Positions 9,246-19,994 of a stretch of 64,000 bases of DNA are shown in pieces; positions within the stretch are counted from its first letter, which is position 1; the number at the start of each line of letters is the position of its first letter. The position numbers were made by a program, and so were the translations under genes. Below the pieces are notes generated by a model. That model saw only the letters and a program-made list of their open reading frames with translations, had not been told where the DNA came from and searched no databases. The stretch covers positions 416,001-480,000 of the forward strand of contig OZ251219.1 of NCBI GenBank assembly GCA_965240465.1, written 5' to 3'. The stretch comes from a bacterium (lineage in GTDB: Bacteria; SAR324; JACQKK01).

Positions 9246-12072
9246 CGCTGGCAAATTCAGTTTGGGTTGGCTCAGTTTGGGTTGGCTCAGTTTGGGTTGG
9301 TTTGGCTGTGCTAGAAGCAAGGGATTTATGTTGATGGATACGACAAAACATTTGTAAGCAGCAGCGATCGCAGGCTTGCTGCTGGGGAGAGACGGTGGCT
9401 GTGCCTATGATAAATTCGGATACCAATACTCTGAGTACCGCTTGGATTTCTTCCATTTGATCAACAAAGGAAATTTTTAGAGTACTTTTACCTTGGCTGA
9501 GTATTTTTTGTGGTTGGGACTCCCAGACATCAAATTTCATTTCTTTTTCGCTGATCTTGGCAAATCCAAAGCCTGCCAGAGATTGTTTTTCAGTAAGTAG
9601 TTTTTGGGCATACAGGGGAAGCTGAGGATCTTGGGGGCGTTCACCCATCCAATGTTTGCTATTAGCAGAGCGGCCTATTTTATAATCCAGCAGTACCAGC
9701 GAGCCATCTGATAGCTTGTCCACTCTATCTATGCGACCTGTTAGTTGGAGTTCTCCGATTTTAATTTCCTGCTCTTGTTCCAGCTGCTTAATTTCAAAGG
9801 GGGCATGCTGACGACGCCTCAATTCTTCTTTTAGCCAGAGCAGCATGAGCTTTTCCAGTCTTTGTTGTTCCTGTTCTTTCAGCCATGGGGACAGATTATT
9901 AGGCCAGTCTTGCTCTAGAGCCTCTTTAATGGCATGATGAACAGCAGTTTTCAGTTGTTTTTCTGGTTCCAAGTTGGCAGAGCTTTTGGCTGTTTGCCAA
10001 AACAAATGCAACGCCCGATGCATAAATTTTCCTTGGATTTGGGAATGCAGTCCCGAGATAGCTAGGGGGTCTGACTTGATTTTCAAGCGGTGGTGGGCAA
10101 AGCCTTTGAAGGGACAAGCCGATTGATCCCGCAGTACTGAGACTCCTCCCTTGAGGTTAGTGCCAACGAATTGCGGGGCTTGGCTATCTTTGAGTACCTC
10201 CAGCTGCGGACGCTCCAAGTACATGCGATTAGGCACCCGACTTTCCGCCTTTCTTTCCATTTCTGGCGGGGCAGACCGCGATAAACGTTGCGGATGTTTT
10301 TCCACCACCGACTGCAATAACAAGCTCGGAGTAGTAGGCACTCCCTGCACCTGAGCGGGGGTGCTGAAGACCACCTTTGTAGCACTGCAACACAGACGGG
10401 CAGTGAGTCGCTGGGCGGTTCTTAGGCTGGATTTAGTACTGCTGAATGGTACTCCCCATTGTTGTTGTAGCTTGGCATCTAAGAAGGGATTTAGTTTTTC
10501 TGGCTGAGGCCAGTTTTCGCCATGCACTCCCAGCACCCACAGATAATCAAATTCTAAGCCAGCTGCTTCCTGAATATCCACCACGCTTATGGGTCCCGCT
10601 GGACTGTTAGGGAGAAATCTCTGCTCTTGTACTATTCCTTGTAAGGCTCGCCAAGCAGATTGCCAATCTAGGGATTCCCCTGATACCAGCCCTAAACTAC
10701 TAAATTTATCCAAGCATTCTTGCCAAACCTTCGAGGCTTGAGAAGTACTATTATCCCAATCCGAATCATCACCCATCCACCCCAATAGCTGCAACGATTT
10801 GTGAAATCGCAGTCCCCACTCGGCAAAGCTGGCAGTCTCAGAAATACCTTCCGCCCAGCCCTGCCACTCCTCCATCCGCTTGGAAAGCTCTTCTTTCAGC
10901 AAATAGGGCAATCTGGATACCGACACATTCTCAAAATTGTTTCTCTGTTCCAAGCGTCGCCAGTGTTCCAAGCGTCGCCAGCGTTCTATCTTCCAGCCAG
11001 CTACCTTTCTGGAAGTCAACAAACAATACCAAACCTCAGGAGATACCTTCCCCCCAGGGTGCAACTGGAGTAGCTGCATTGCCCCCCGTACCAAAGAATG
11101 CTCTCCCAGCGGATCCCCCAAAGACATATGAAAAGCCGAACCAGCCGCATCATTAGGCAATTTGCTGGGCTGCAAAACCGACCCCAATAATCGCCTTACC
11201 AAAGGCTCAGCTGGATTAGACATCGCCAAACCAATACGAGCCTCAGAATTATCCAAAGCCAAACCCCTTGCCCAGCGTACCGCTGCCAGTAACTCCTCCT
11301 CCTCATTCTCAAAGGCATCCCCCCTAATCAAAGAAACTCGCCCCCACCGACCACGAGGAATCACCCGTAATTGCACCCCGCGTTCCCGCAAGGCATTCAG
11401 CAACCCTATTTGCACTGGATATAATTGCTCGGCAAATCCTGCCAGCCACAATACCTTTATATCCTTATCTCCCAGACCCCTCCAACCATTTGCCCCCAGA
11501 TCCCTTGCCCCCAGCCCTTTTACTAGCCAGTCCCGTAATCGGTTCTCTAAGCATGCCCTATCCAGCCACCCCTGCTGGCGTAAAAGAACCTCAAAATCTC
11601 GCTTACAGCTCAGAAATAATCGCTGCTCTCTACTACCAGATCCTCCCGATCCAACCTTGCCTAGCCGCTCTTCCGAAAAACCCCAGCTCTGATATAACTT
11701 CCAAGCCTGCCAAGCTTGCCGAGCCTGACCCCCCTCCCCCAAGTTTTCTAACTCCCCAAAACTACCCCCATTCTCCCGCAATATCTGCTGCCACAACCAC
11801 TTGCTCTGAGCACTATTCAAGAGCCAATCCTCCCGAGTATTCTCACTAACAGAAAATCCATAGCAACACGACTGCCATAAATCATCTAGCCAGCCCGCCC
11901 AAGACCAAATCCGAGGAGCTCGCCAAACCCCTGCCGAACCACCCAACTGCTGATACTCACCAAATCGCTGCCGCCAAACGCGTCTAAGATCCACCGATCT
12001 CGTCAAGAGAACATTCCCCTCCGCCAATGAATCGCATACCCGCTGTACTACTTGATTCACTCCTTGCTCCAT
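9238..12072 (-). CDS. addB: AddB-like PD-(D/E)XK nuclease partner with Fe-S-type cysteines
   Basis: C-terminal ACPFK, GRIDRVD, LDYK, PQLPLY and CDRC...C; directly upstream of the AddA-like gene. Confidence 0.8.
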   Translation of the reverse strand: MEQGVNQVVQRVCDSLAEGNVLLTRSVDLRRVWRQRFGEYQQLGGSAGVWRAPRIWSWAGWLDDLWQSCCYGFSVSENTREDWLLNSAQSKWLWQQILRENGGSFGELENLGEGGQARQAWQAWKLYQSWGFSEERLGKVGSGGSGSREQRLFLSCKRDFEVLLRQQGWLDRACLENRLRDWLVKGLGARDLGANGWRGLGDKDIKVLWLAGFAEQLYPVQIGLLNALRERGVQLRVIPRGRWGRVSLIRGDAFENEEEELLAAVRWARGLALDNSEARIGLAMSNPAEPLVRRLLGSVLQPSKLPNDAAGSAFHMSLGDPLGEHSLVRGAMQLLQLHPGGKVSPEVWYCLLTSRKVAGWKIERWRRLEHWRRLEQRNNFENVSVSRLPYLLKEELSKRMEEWQGWAEGISETASFAEWGLRFHKSLQLLGWMGDDSDWDNSTSQASKVWQECLDKFSSLGLVSGESLDWQSAWRALQGIVQEQRFLPNSPAGPISVVDIQEAAGLEFDYLWVLGVHGENWPQPEKLNPFLDAKLQQQWGVPFSSTKSSLRTAQRLTARLCCSATKVVFSTPAQVQGVPTTPSLLLQSVVEKHPQRLSRSAPPEMERKAESRVPNRMYLERPQLEVLKDSQAPQFVGTNLKGGVSVLRDQSACPFKGFAHHRLKIKSDPLAISGLHSQIQGKFMHRALHLFWQTAKSSANLEPEKQLKTAVHHAIKEALEQDWPNNLSPWLKEQEQQRLEKLMLLWLKEELRRRQHAPFEIKQLEQEQEIKIGELQLTGRIDRVDKLSDGSLVLLDYKIGRSANSKHWMGERPQDPQLPLYAQKLLTEKQSLAGFGFAKISEKEMKFDVWESQPQKILSQGKSTLKISFVDQMEEIQAVLRVLVSEFIIGTATVSPQQQACDRCCLQMFCRIHQHKSLASSTAKPTQTEPTQTEPTQTEFASDE
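9257..9300. repeat. 15-nt x3 repeat at the addB 3' end (PTQTE)
   Basis: TCAGTTTGGGTTGGC x3. Confidence 0.92.
10946..10986. repeat. 18-nt x2 in-frame repeat in addB (WRRLE)
   Basis: TGTTCCAAGCGTCGCCAG x2. Confidence 0.88.
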
Positions 12073-12132
12073 CTCTTACTACATATCCAATAGCTTCGTT
12101 TCAGTATCTCTCTCCCAACCCCCTATCCTCTG

Positions 12133-13551
12133 CTAACAAGCATTCTTACGAGAAATAACCACCCCCAGAGTCTTGAATAAGATAACAAAATCAAACCATA
12201 GCGACCAGTGCTTGATGTAATATAGATCATACTCAATTCGGGTAGCAATTTTTTCTGGGTGGTCGTTATCTCCCCGATACCCATTCACTTGTGCCCAACC
12301 CGTGAGCCCTGGCTTAATGCGATGTCTGAGCATATAGTTGCTAACTTGGCGTTGATATTGATCATCAAAGGCTTCTGCATGCGGACGCGGGCCCACCAAG
12401 GACATATCCCCTTTTAGGACATTCAATAGTTGCGGCAGTTCATCCAAGCTGAAAGAGCGTAGCCATCCCCCAATGGAGGTGAAGCGTTCATCCCCTTTAT
12501 GAGCATATTTTAAGGATTGACCTTTTTTTTCCTTGTGTAACTCCATGGTGCGAAATTTATACAACCAGAAAGAACTGCCCTTCAGTCCCACCCGCTTTTG
12601 AGTGAATAATACCGGCCCCTTAGAAGTCGCCCATACCGCCAAAGACACCAACAACCATAACCACGATAATGATAACAACAACAACACCGCTAATACCTTA
12701 TCCATCAGCCACTTTAGCACGTGCTGAGTACCCTCCAAAGGCGAGTCCGATAAACATAAAACCGGCAGTCCACCTAATTCTCTCACGCTCTGAGTTAACA
12801 AATTAAGCATCCCCATCTTTGGAACCCAATGCACGCTGACATTCGCCCGTAGTAAGACTGGCATCCACTTTAAGAGCAGTCCACTTTGTGGTAGCGGCAA
12901 ATGCAAATAAACCATGTTCACTGGAAATCGCTGCAGAGTTTCTTCCAGCTGCTCGATCCCTCCCAAGCATTTCAATCCCCCCTTGCTAACCTTCACCCCC
13001 AACGATGACTTTACCTCCAAATAACCCAAGGGACGAATCCCATACCACCAATTAGCCTCCAGACGCTCAGCTACCTCAATCGCACCCGAGCTAGATGAAA
13101 TAATCAAAGCCCCCCTAAGATTGTACCCCATACGACGCATCAAGTACAAAACCAACGTGATCACATAATAATCAAGTACCTGAAACACAAATGCCATCAC
13201 CACCCAAACCGATAACGCCTGACGAGAATAAAGTGCCGTACTCTTGGTTCCCCAACCCACCAATAACAATACCCCCAATACCAATAACCAAGCCCTGAGC
13301 GTCTTCCCTACCTGATACACCAAACTTCCCAGCCGCAAGTTTTGGTACACCCCCCCCACCCGATATATCAATAACAGCAACAGAATGCTCAGTACCACCA
13401 ACGGATAATACTTCTCATGGAATTCTCCATCGCGCCAATAAACTGCCCCATACAATATCCCCATGGTGACTACCAGATCCAATAGCTGCTGCAGCCCTCC
13501 AATGGAAGGCTCGTAGCTACGCCTTAAAAATCCCTTTGTTGCTATTTTCAT
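12133..13551 (-). CDS. Undecaprenyl-phosphate glucose phosphotransferase (WcaJ-like)
   Basis: N-terminal TM helices; YKFRTM, SLDELPQLLNVLKGDMSLVGPRP, KPGLTGWAQVNG, YDLYYI..WS. Confidence 0.92.
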   Translation of the reverse strand: MKIATKGFLRRSYEPSIGGLQQLLDLVVTMGILYGAVYWRDGEFHEKYYPLVVLSILLLLLIYRVGGVYQNLRLGSLVYQVGKTLRAWLLVLGVLLLVGWGTKSTALYSRQALSVWVVMAFVFQVLDYYVITLVLYLMRRMGYNLRGALIISSSSGAIEVAERLEANWWYGIRPLGYLEVKSSLGVKVSKGGLKCLGGIEQLEETLQRFPVNMVYLHLPLPQSGLLLKWMPVLLRANVSVHWVPKMGMLNLLTQSVRELGGLPVLCLSDSPLEGTQHVLKWLMDKVLAVLLLLSLSWLWLLVSLAVWATSKGPVLFTQKRVGLKGSSFWLYKFRTMELHKEKKGQSLKYAHKGDERFTSIGGWLRSFSLDELPQLLNVLKGDMSLVGPRPHAEAFDDQYQRQVSNYMLRHRIKPGLTGWAQVNGYRGDNDHPEKIATRIEYDLYYIKHWSLWFDFVILFKTLGVVISRKNAC

Positions 13552-13684
13552 CTATCGTGCTTTAAGGAGGATTATTCTCTAAAAGTTCTAAACATTCTAC
13601 AATGATTGATGCTACTTTTTCAAAGTCCCCAAAGCTATGTTTGCTAAGCCCTCATGCAAACCGAGGTCTTGCTCTCTGCTCCCC

Positions 13685-16624
13685 TCAAAGAGAATCTAAA
13701 TCTGGCTCATCCAATTCTGCCAGCATTGCCTCACGCACCTGAGCCGAAAGTTTCACCGTGGCTTGCCAATCCTTTCCACTAGGCTGGATGCCCGTCAGCA
13801 ATTTAACTTGCAATTTGGAGAATTGTGGTTGCCAGCGTCCTAAACGGAGCATATCTCGTACCCCTTTCAGCACCACCGGGATGACTGGTACTCCTAATCG
13901 GGCGGCGGCTGAAAAAGCTCCCAGCCGAAATTGCTTCAGCCCAGGCTGACGCGTAATAGCACCTTCGGGAAATACCATTAATCCACCGCCTTCTTGCAAT
14001 ACCGAATCCAGTAAGACAGCTTGAGTACCTTTTTCCGAGTCAAGTTGTGCTACAAACACCGTCTGCAGGCGACCCAAAAACCAGCCCAAAAAAGCCGACT
14101 TAGTTAAATCTGCCTTGGCAACAAAACGCACCGACCGCGATAAAACTGCGACCAATACTAGGCTATCCAAATAACTAGTGTGATTACTTACCAGCACAAA
14201 AGCCCCCGTTTTAGGAACATTCTCCTTACCCTGCACCCGAGGAAAAACCCCTCCTAGCTTCAGCAAAATGCGTGATAACCAGCTTAAGCAAGCATAACGC
14301 CAAGAAACTCGCCCTAGTATTCCAAAGCATGCCATAGGCAAAAACAAGCACCCCCATAGCCATACATAAGACCCATAACTCCATCTCAATAACCCCGAAA
14401 AAACACGATGAACATATCGCCTTCTCGTTCCCAAAAAAGTACCCCTACTACTGCCCCCTAAGCTGCCTCTTAGGCGTCCTTGAAGATACAATTCCCGCAT
14501 AGATTGACGGCGAATCTTACCACTGGAAGTCTTTAACACTGACTTCGGCTTGAGAAACAAAACCTCATCCACTCCGCTATCCCAAACACTAAGAGCCAAA
14601 GCACTCACCTGCAACCGCAATTTATCTAGCTCTATTTCATCGGAAACCCGCGTTTCCAGGGCGGCTATCACTCGCTCGCTGCCGATGGCCGTATCTAAAA
14701 CTCCAAACACCACCACGCAACCCCTCCGTACCCCCTTTAATCTTCCCAAAGTCACCTCCAGCAAATGAGGATGTAAATTACGCCCCGCCCGTACAATAAC
14801 ATCCTTATCCCTTCCCGTGACATAAACCTCGCCCCCAGACAAATAACCCCGATCGCCAGACTGCAACCAGCCATCCTTACCATATAAACCTGCCGTCTGT
14901 TTCGGATTGAGATAATATCCCTCCGTTGCCGAAGGCCCCCGAAATTGTAACAAGCCCTCCCGCCTTTCTGCCAATTCTGCCCCCCGATAATTCACCACCC
15001 GTACCTCATGTCCTGATAAGGGCATCCCACAGCTGACTACCTCCATCGCTCCCCTCTCCAAAGGAACTTCCAAACCCCCCGCCGCTCGCAAACACGCCAA
15101 ACCCCTAGCCTCAAAAACCTCCTTATCAATCTGCTCTACCCGCACTCCCCGCTCCGCCCCAGAAAAAGCCAACCCCACCGAACACTCTGCCAAACCATAC
15201 ACCGGCATCAAAGCCCTAACTGATAAACCACTATCAGCAAAACGATGCCAAAATCGCCTCAGTGTATCCGCCAAAACAGGCTCCGCTCCGTTGAACGCAT
15301 AACGCCAACTTTTCAAGTTTAATCCAGACACCATTCTATGCTTACCCACCGTCTGGCGTAAGCATAACTCATAAGCAAAATTAGGGCCCCCAGAAATGGT
15401 ACCGCCAAAGGAACTGAGAACCTCCAGCCACCGCATCGGGCGTGTTAAAAAACTAAAGGGAGACATCAAACCCAAGGGAATGCCATGGTAAAGACTGCCT
15501 AGCCAAGCTCCAATCAATCCCATATCATGATACAAAGGCAGCCAGCTCACAAATCGGTCTGAGGGGCTAACCTGCAAAGCCTTCCCCATTGCCCGAATGT
15601 TTGCCAGCAACTGAGCATGAGTCAACATTACTCCCTTAGGATCCCCCGTACTACCAGAGGTGTACTGCAAATGTGCCAGTGAATTAGCACTCGGTTGCTT
15701 CCAATCTCCCAACTGCCACTCTCCTCGCTGACTACCGCCCCGAGATTTGCCTCCCCGAGATTTGCCTCCCCAAGATTTGCCTCCCCGAGATTTGCCTCCC
15801 CGATTTGCCTGCGTCATCAACCGCTGCGGAGTAGTCAACCTCCGTAAAAACGGACTTAAATCCTTCATGACATTTCCCAAATCCAAGTTTTCAGCTGGGG
15901 TGATCAGCATCCCGATCTTAGCCTGATGCAATATCTGACCATGCCTTTTAATGTACTCGGCTGCCTGATTAGCCCTAAAAGGAGGATACAAGGGTACTGG
16001 GACGCCCCCCGCCAGCAAAACCCCAAAAAAACAGCAGAGATATTCCCGCCCAGTCGGAAGCATAATGGCAACTGGTTCAGCATCCCGTAAGCCCTCCATC
16101 CTTAAGCCCCAAGCCAACTCAACCGCGCCATCCCACAAACCCCGATAACTCAAATCCTCTCCCGCACCATCAAAAAAACGTACATGCAAATGCTCGCCCG
16201 AATGCTCCACCCGCCACCGCAAGACCTCCACTAAGGTGCCCGCCCGATGCGGTGACTTGCTACTCCCTACCTCCAAAAATGCCCGTGTTTCTCCCGATTG
16301 CCTACCCAGCTTCCCCTGCTCTGATGGCTTCATTTGTGCCGTTCTCGCCCGTAGCCCCGAGAGCAAATCTCCCGGAGTACGGGCCTCAGCCAGAATCTCT
16401 GATGGTGGCAGAAAACCAAATTCGCCCTCTATCCTTTGCCACAACTCCACCCGACCGAGGCTATCGAGCCCTAGTTCTTCATCCAAGTGGGTCCCTAAGT
16501 CCACTGCCACTGGCAGTCGCTGAGGATGTAATTGACGCGATAATTCAGTGATCAAGCCCAGCAAAATTTCTGCCTCGGAAGCCGGATTTTTTTTATTTTT
16601 TTCGCTAGCTGAAGAATAAGCCAT
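13685..16624 (-). CDS. ACP + fatty-acyl-AMP-ligase-like adenylation domain + PlsC-type acyltransferase fusion
   Basis: LGLDSL phosphopantetheine site; [47 protein letters not shown] (HX4D) and FPEG. Confidence 0.9.
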   Translation of the reverse strand: MAYSSASEKNKKNPASEAEILLGLITELSRQLHPQRLPVAVDLGTHLDEELGLDSLGRVELWQRIEGEFGFLPPSEILAEARTPGDLLSGLRARTAQMKPSEQGKLGRQSGETRAFLEVGSSKSPHRAGTLVEVLRWRVEHSGEHLHVRFFDGAGEDLSYRGLWDGAVELAWGLRMEGLRDAEPVAIMLPTGREYLCCFFGVLLAGGVPVPLYPPFRANQAAEYIKRHGQILHQAKIGMLITPAENLDLGNVMKDLSPFLRRLTTPQRLMTQANRGGKSRGGKSWGGKSRGGKSRGGSQRGEWQLGDWKQPSANSLAHLQYTSGSTGDPKGVMLTHAQLLANIRAMGKALQVSPSDRFVSWLPLYHDMGLIGAWLGSLYHGIPLGLMSPFSFLTRPMRWLEVLSSFGGTISGGPNFAYELCLRQTVGKHRMVSGLNLKSWRYAFNGAEPVLADTLRRFWHRFADSGLSVRALMPVYGLAECSVGLAFSGAERGVRVEQIDKEVFEARGLACLRAAGGLEVPLERGAMEVVSCGMPLSGHEVRVVNYRGAELAERREGLLQFRGPSATEGYYLNPKQTAGLYGKDGWLQSGDRGYLSGGEVYVTGRDKDVIVRAGRNLHPHLLEVTLGRLKGVRRGCVVVFGVLDTAIGSERVIAALETRVSDEIELDKLRLQVSALALSVWDSGVDEVLFLKPKSVLKTSSGKIRRQSMRELYLQGRLRGSLGGSSRGTFLGTRRRYVHRVFSGLLRWSYGSYVWLWGCLFLPMACFGILGRVSWRYACLSWLSRILLKLGGVFPRVQGKENVPKTGAFVLVSNHTSYLDSLVLVAVLSRSVRFVAKADLTKSAFLGWFLGRLQTVFVAQLDSEKGTQAVLLDSVLQEGGGLMVFPEGAITRQPGLKQFRLGAFSAAARLGVPVIPVVLKGVRDMLRLGRWQPQFSKLQVKLLTGIQPSGKDWQATVKLSAQVREAMLAELDEPDLDSL
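15738..15810. repeat. 15-nt x4+ in-frame repeat (RGGKS)
   Basis: CCCCGAGATTTGCCT x4 plus a partial copy. Confidence 0.93.
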
Positions 16625-16696
16625 TTAGTCTTACACAGCCACTTGATGAAATTTTAGCTAAACCCATTAAATTAAACCAATTGATAGTCCATGATA

Positions 16697-16770
16697 TCGG
16701 GGTGAGAGGATTCGAACCTCCGACCTCTTCGTCCCGAACGAAGCACGCTACCAGACTGCGCCACACCCCG
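16697..16770 (-). tRNA. tRNA-Pro(CGG)
   Basis: Reverse complement folds as a cloverleaf: CGGGGTG acceptor, CTTCG-TTCGGGA-CGAAG anticodon arm, GGTTCGAATCC T-arm. CCA is not encoded. Confidence 0.96.
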
Positions 16771-16826
16771 TAATTTGATGTAATGCTAGTAGAAAATACC
16801 GTTGGCAAGCAACCTGCAAAAACATC

Positions 16827-18260
16827 TTAATCATGTTTTAGCTTATTCTCTTCTAAAAAAGGTAGTATCTCTCCCATTAGCCAAAAAGAGCCTGTCGCCA
16901 CGAGGGGTAGCTGCGGTCTGTGAAAAGCTTCTTTCAGGGTTTCTGCAACGCTGTCAAAAGTGAGTATCGGTACTGGCAAAGACCCGAGGAATTCTTTTAA
17001 TTGGCTCGGGGATGCTATTTTATCTTGGTTTATGGGGCTAGGGAGCAGGGCTGGAAGCAGAACCCGTTCAGAATGTCGCAGCACATTGTTGAGAGAACGG
17101 CGAATAGAGCTGGTGAGACGCTCCTTAGCTAGCACCAGTAAAATTTGATTAGGGATCAGTTTCCATTGTCGTAGTTGGCGTGCTAGGGCTGCCAGTGCTT
17201 GAGGATTGTGAGCTCCATCCAGCAGAATGGATTTAAGAGGCTGGGGTGGGGGCTGAGCTGCTGGGGGCTGAGCTGCTGAGGACTGAGCTACTGGTGACCA
17301 CTCTGTCGTAGGCAAACCGAAGTTACACCTGAGGTCAAGGCGAGCGGGTAAATGTACTTGGCAGAGGGCTGGCAGCCATTTTTGTCGTTGTGAGGCATTT
17401 GCTGATTGCCACAGGCTCCAGCCTACTGCCAGAGCATTAGCCAGGGCTGCCTGCCATGGAGGGGTTTGCTGCTGAGAGAAAGCCAGCTTGCTTTTACTAA
17501 TCATGCCATCTGGCCAACGAACACTGATGCGATTTTCCTGCCTTTTTATTTGAATAAGTCGGGCTGGAATCAGGCGACATTTTTGGTGTCTTAGCTGAGT
17601 ACTCATCCAGTTTTCCAACTGAGGGTTTTGGGCTGCCAGCACCACCAAGCCATTGTGAGCAATTCCCATTTTTTGGGTGGCGATCTGTCGCAAGCTATGC
17701 CCCAAGATGGCTTGATGATCCAATCCCAAGCGGGTTATTACTGCCACTTCTTTGGGGATGGCATTGGTAGCATCGGCTACCCCTCCTAGTCCTGTTTCCA
17801 GTACTGCCCAATAAGTTTGATTATCGGTTCGGCAGTTGTCAAAAGCCACCATGGCGGTAGCAGTGAGTAAATCAAAAAACGAGCAATCGGTCTTTAACTG
17901 ACGAGCAGCTACTAACACTGGACGGGCAGCTGCCACAAAATCTGCTCGGCTGAGGCTATGACCGCCCCAAGCAATGCGTTCCCGTAATTCCATCAAATGA
18001 GGAGAAGTGAATAATCCCCCTGGGGTACCCGTGTGGACTTCCAGCAGGCGAGCAATCAGGGTGCTGGTAAGTCCCTTGCCATTGGTACCTGCCACATGGA
18101 TTATCTTAAATCCCTTCTCCGGCGAACCCAATATCTGCAATAGCTGTCGGACTACTCCCAGCCTTTGAGGACCCGCTTGCCTCACCGTCCGAGTAGAAAT
18201 TAACTCTCCCGCAAGCTGCTCATATTCTAAATCGGGCAGTCTACTCCTTCCAACGAGCAT
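16827..18260 (-). CDS. folC: Folylpolyglutamate synthase/dihydrofolate synthase
   Basis: IHVAGTNGKG, FTSPHL, LETGLGG, DATN, LDGAHNP, TGSFWL. Confidence 0.9.
   Translation of the reverse strand: MLVGRSRLPDLEYEQLAGELISTRTVRQAGPQRLGVVRQLLQILGSPEKGFKIIHVAGTNGKGLTSTLIARLLEVHTGTPGGLFTSPHLMELRERIAWGGHSLSRADFVAAARPVLVAARQLKTDCSFFDLLTATAMVAFDNCRTDNQTYWAVLETGLGGVADATNAIPKEVAVITRLGLDHQAILGHSLRQIATQKMGIAHNGLVVLAAQNPQLENWMSTQLRHQKCRLIPARLIQIKRQENRISVRWPDGMISKSKLAFSQQQTPPWQAALANALAVGWSLWQSANASQRQKWLPALCQVHLPARLDLRCNFGLPTTEWSPVAQSSAAQPPAAQPPPQPLKSILLDGAHNPQALAALARQLRQWKLIPNQILLVLAKERLTSSIRRSLNNVLRHSERVLLPALLPSPINQDKIASPSQLKEFLGSLPVPILTFDSVAETLKEAFHRPQLPLVATGSFWLMGEILPFLEENKLKHD
17248..17292. repeat. 15-nt x3 in-frame repeat in folC (AAQPP)
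   Basis: GGGGGCTGAGCTGCT x2 plus a variant. Confidence 0.85.
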
Positions 18261-19947
18261 AATAACACCTCACCCAGCCCGAACCCATCCAACCCAATAA
18301 CAACAACCAAGCAATGAGTGACAACCGCGACCACCACTGCCGATGACGAGCATAAAAAGACGCTCGCTCGGGTAGACTTAACTGAGCACGCAATACCCCT
18401 TCTGTATACACAGGCAGAATCTCAGTCACCCTCCGACCTTGGGCATCTACCACCAAACTTTCACCATTCTGCGACAATAACACCACCGGTAGACCAGTCT
18501 CAGCCGCCCGCATGCGAATGAATAACTCCATCAGGCGACTAAGACCAGTATCGCCAAACCAAGCCAGATTAGCCATCACTACTATGACATTGGCACCAGA
18601 GCCAACCATACCCATAGCTACCCCCCGATTAGTCAAGTCAAAGCAAATTATCGGAGCTACCCGTATCCTATCTGTTAGCCGAAACACGGTGTATTCCTTG
18701 CCAGCTTCAAAATTGCTAATTTCGGGTACTAATTTTTTCACCAGCTTTCCCCAAGCTGGAAAATAATCAGCAAAAGGAATGGTCTCGCCAAAGGGCATCA
18801 GGGAAATTTTGTCATAGCGTTCGCCCGTCTCCCCATTCGGCAGCACATGAACCGCTGAGCCATAATAGCGATTATCCGCCTTGGTCTTCCCCAGATCCGC
18901 GTGCATGGTACTTAAGATGATATTGATTTTCAATCGCCTTGCCAAATTCTCCATCTGCTCCCGCCCAGAACGATTGAGAAAATACCAAGGTCCAAACACA
19001 GATTCTGGCCAAACCAATAACTCTGTACTAGGTGGATTTTCTCCGCTTGCCTCTTGGCGTGTCAGCTGCACTGCTCCTTCAGAATCGGCTACCAATTCAG
19101 TCAAGTTCTGAAAGCGAGCTTGGGGAAGCAACTCTGGATTAGATGTCAAATGTGCCAAAGATAAATTAGGCTGCAAACCCACCAATTGCAGCTTGGCAGA
19201 ATCATCATGCTCTGGGGCGGTAGCAGTTCGTCTTAAGACCAGCTCGCCATCGGCTGCCAGTAAAAGCAGCACCCCCGCCAAGGCACTCCCCATGAGGACT
19301 AGCGGGAGAACTGGCGGTTTCGGGGGCGTACTTTTTTCCTTCCACCACCACCGTACCATCAAATACAACCATAACTGCCACCCCAAAAATACCGCGTCTA
19401 GTCCCTCCGTCCCCAGCCAACGCTGCGACTGCACCAACTGCGGCACAGTGTGCATTAGATAACCCGGACTCCACACGAACCACCCCGAACTCAGCTGCTG
19501 AATGCCAATCACCCAAATAGGAATCGCCCACCAAATGACCCTCCCCCGCGACCAAAATAAAGCAAATGGCAAGCCAAAATACATCCATAACTGCAAGGAC
19601 ATCAATAATCCGCCCAGACATACCACCAACTTAGCCAAGAAAAATGGTAGCCCTCCAAAAATATGAGCAGAATGTACCAACCACTCAGCATTGAAAAATA
19701 CAAAAATCATCCCCACCGGTAACATACACAGCCAAGAACGCCATAACCGTCCCCCTAGTCCCACCCATACCTCAGTCTCTTTCTGGAATACCAAATCCAA
19801 CAAGAGCCAAATAGGTAGTAAAACCACCAGCCAAACTCCCGCAATACTATACGGAGGACAAGCCAGCACCAAAAGCAACCCCGCCAACAAAATCAATAAC
19901 AAAATAACCCCAGAACGCAGGGATAGGCGGATATTCAATAACTTCAT
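18241..19947 (-). CDS. lnt: Apolipoprotein N-acyltransferase
   Basis: TM N-terminal half plus nitrilase triad motifs VWPES, YDK..LMPFGE and IICFD. Confidence 0.9.
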   Translation of the reverse strand: MKLLNIRLSLRSGVILLLILLAGLLLVLACPPYSIAGVWLVVLLPIWLLLDLVFQKETEVWVGLGGRLWRSWLCMLPVGMIFVFFNAEWLVHSAHIFGGLPFFLAKLVVCLGGLLMSLQLWMYFGLPFALFWSRGRVIWWAIPIWVIGIQQLSSGWFVWSPGYLMHTVPQLVQSQRWLGTEGLDAVFLGWQLWLYLMVRWWWKEKSTPPKPPVLPLVLMGSALAGVLLLLAADGELVLRRTATAPEHDDSAKLQLVGLQPNLSLAHLTSNPELLPQARFQNLTELVADSEGAVQLTRQEASGENPPSTELLVWPESVFGPWYFLNRSGREQMENLARRLKINIILSTMHADLGKTKADNRYYGSAVHVLPNGETGERYDKISLMPFGETIPFADYFPAWGKLVKKLVPEISNFEAGKEYTVFRLTDRIRVAPIICFDLTNRGVAMGMVGSGANVIVVMANLAWFGDTGLSRLMELFIRMRAAETGLPVVLLSQNGESLVVDAQGRRVTEILPVYTEGVLRAQLSLPERASFYARHRQWWSRLSLIAWLLLLGWMGSGWVRCYYARWKE

Positions 19948-19994
19948 ATTTGGAGATCCAAAGGAGCTAAAATCGCAAATGCCTATTAAGAATC

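Noticed and set aside
9246-9320. 83-nt dual-coding overlap between addB and addA
   Set aside because: The ORF-track extension is the repeat read in another frame; ATG 9245 gives an ordinary 8-nt overlap.
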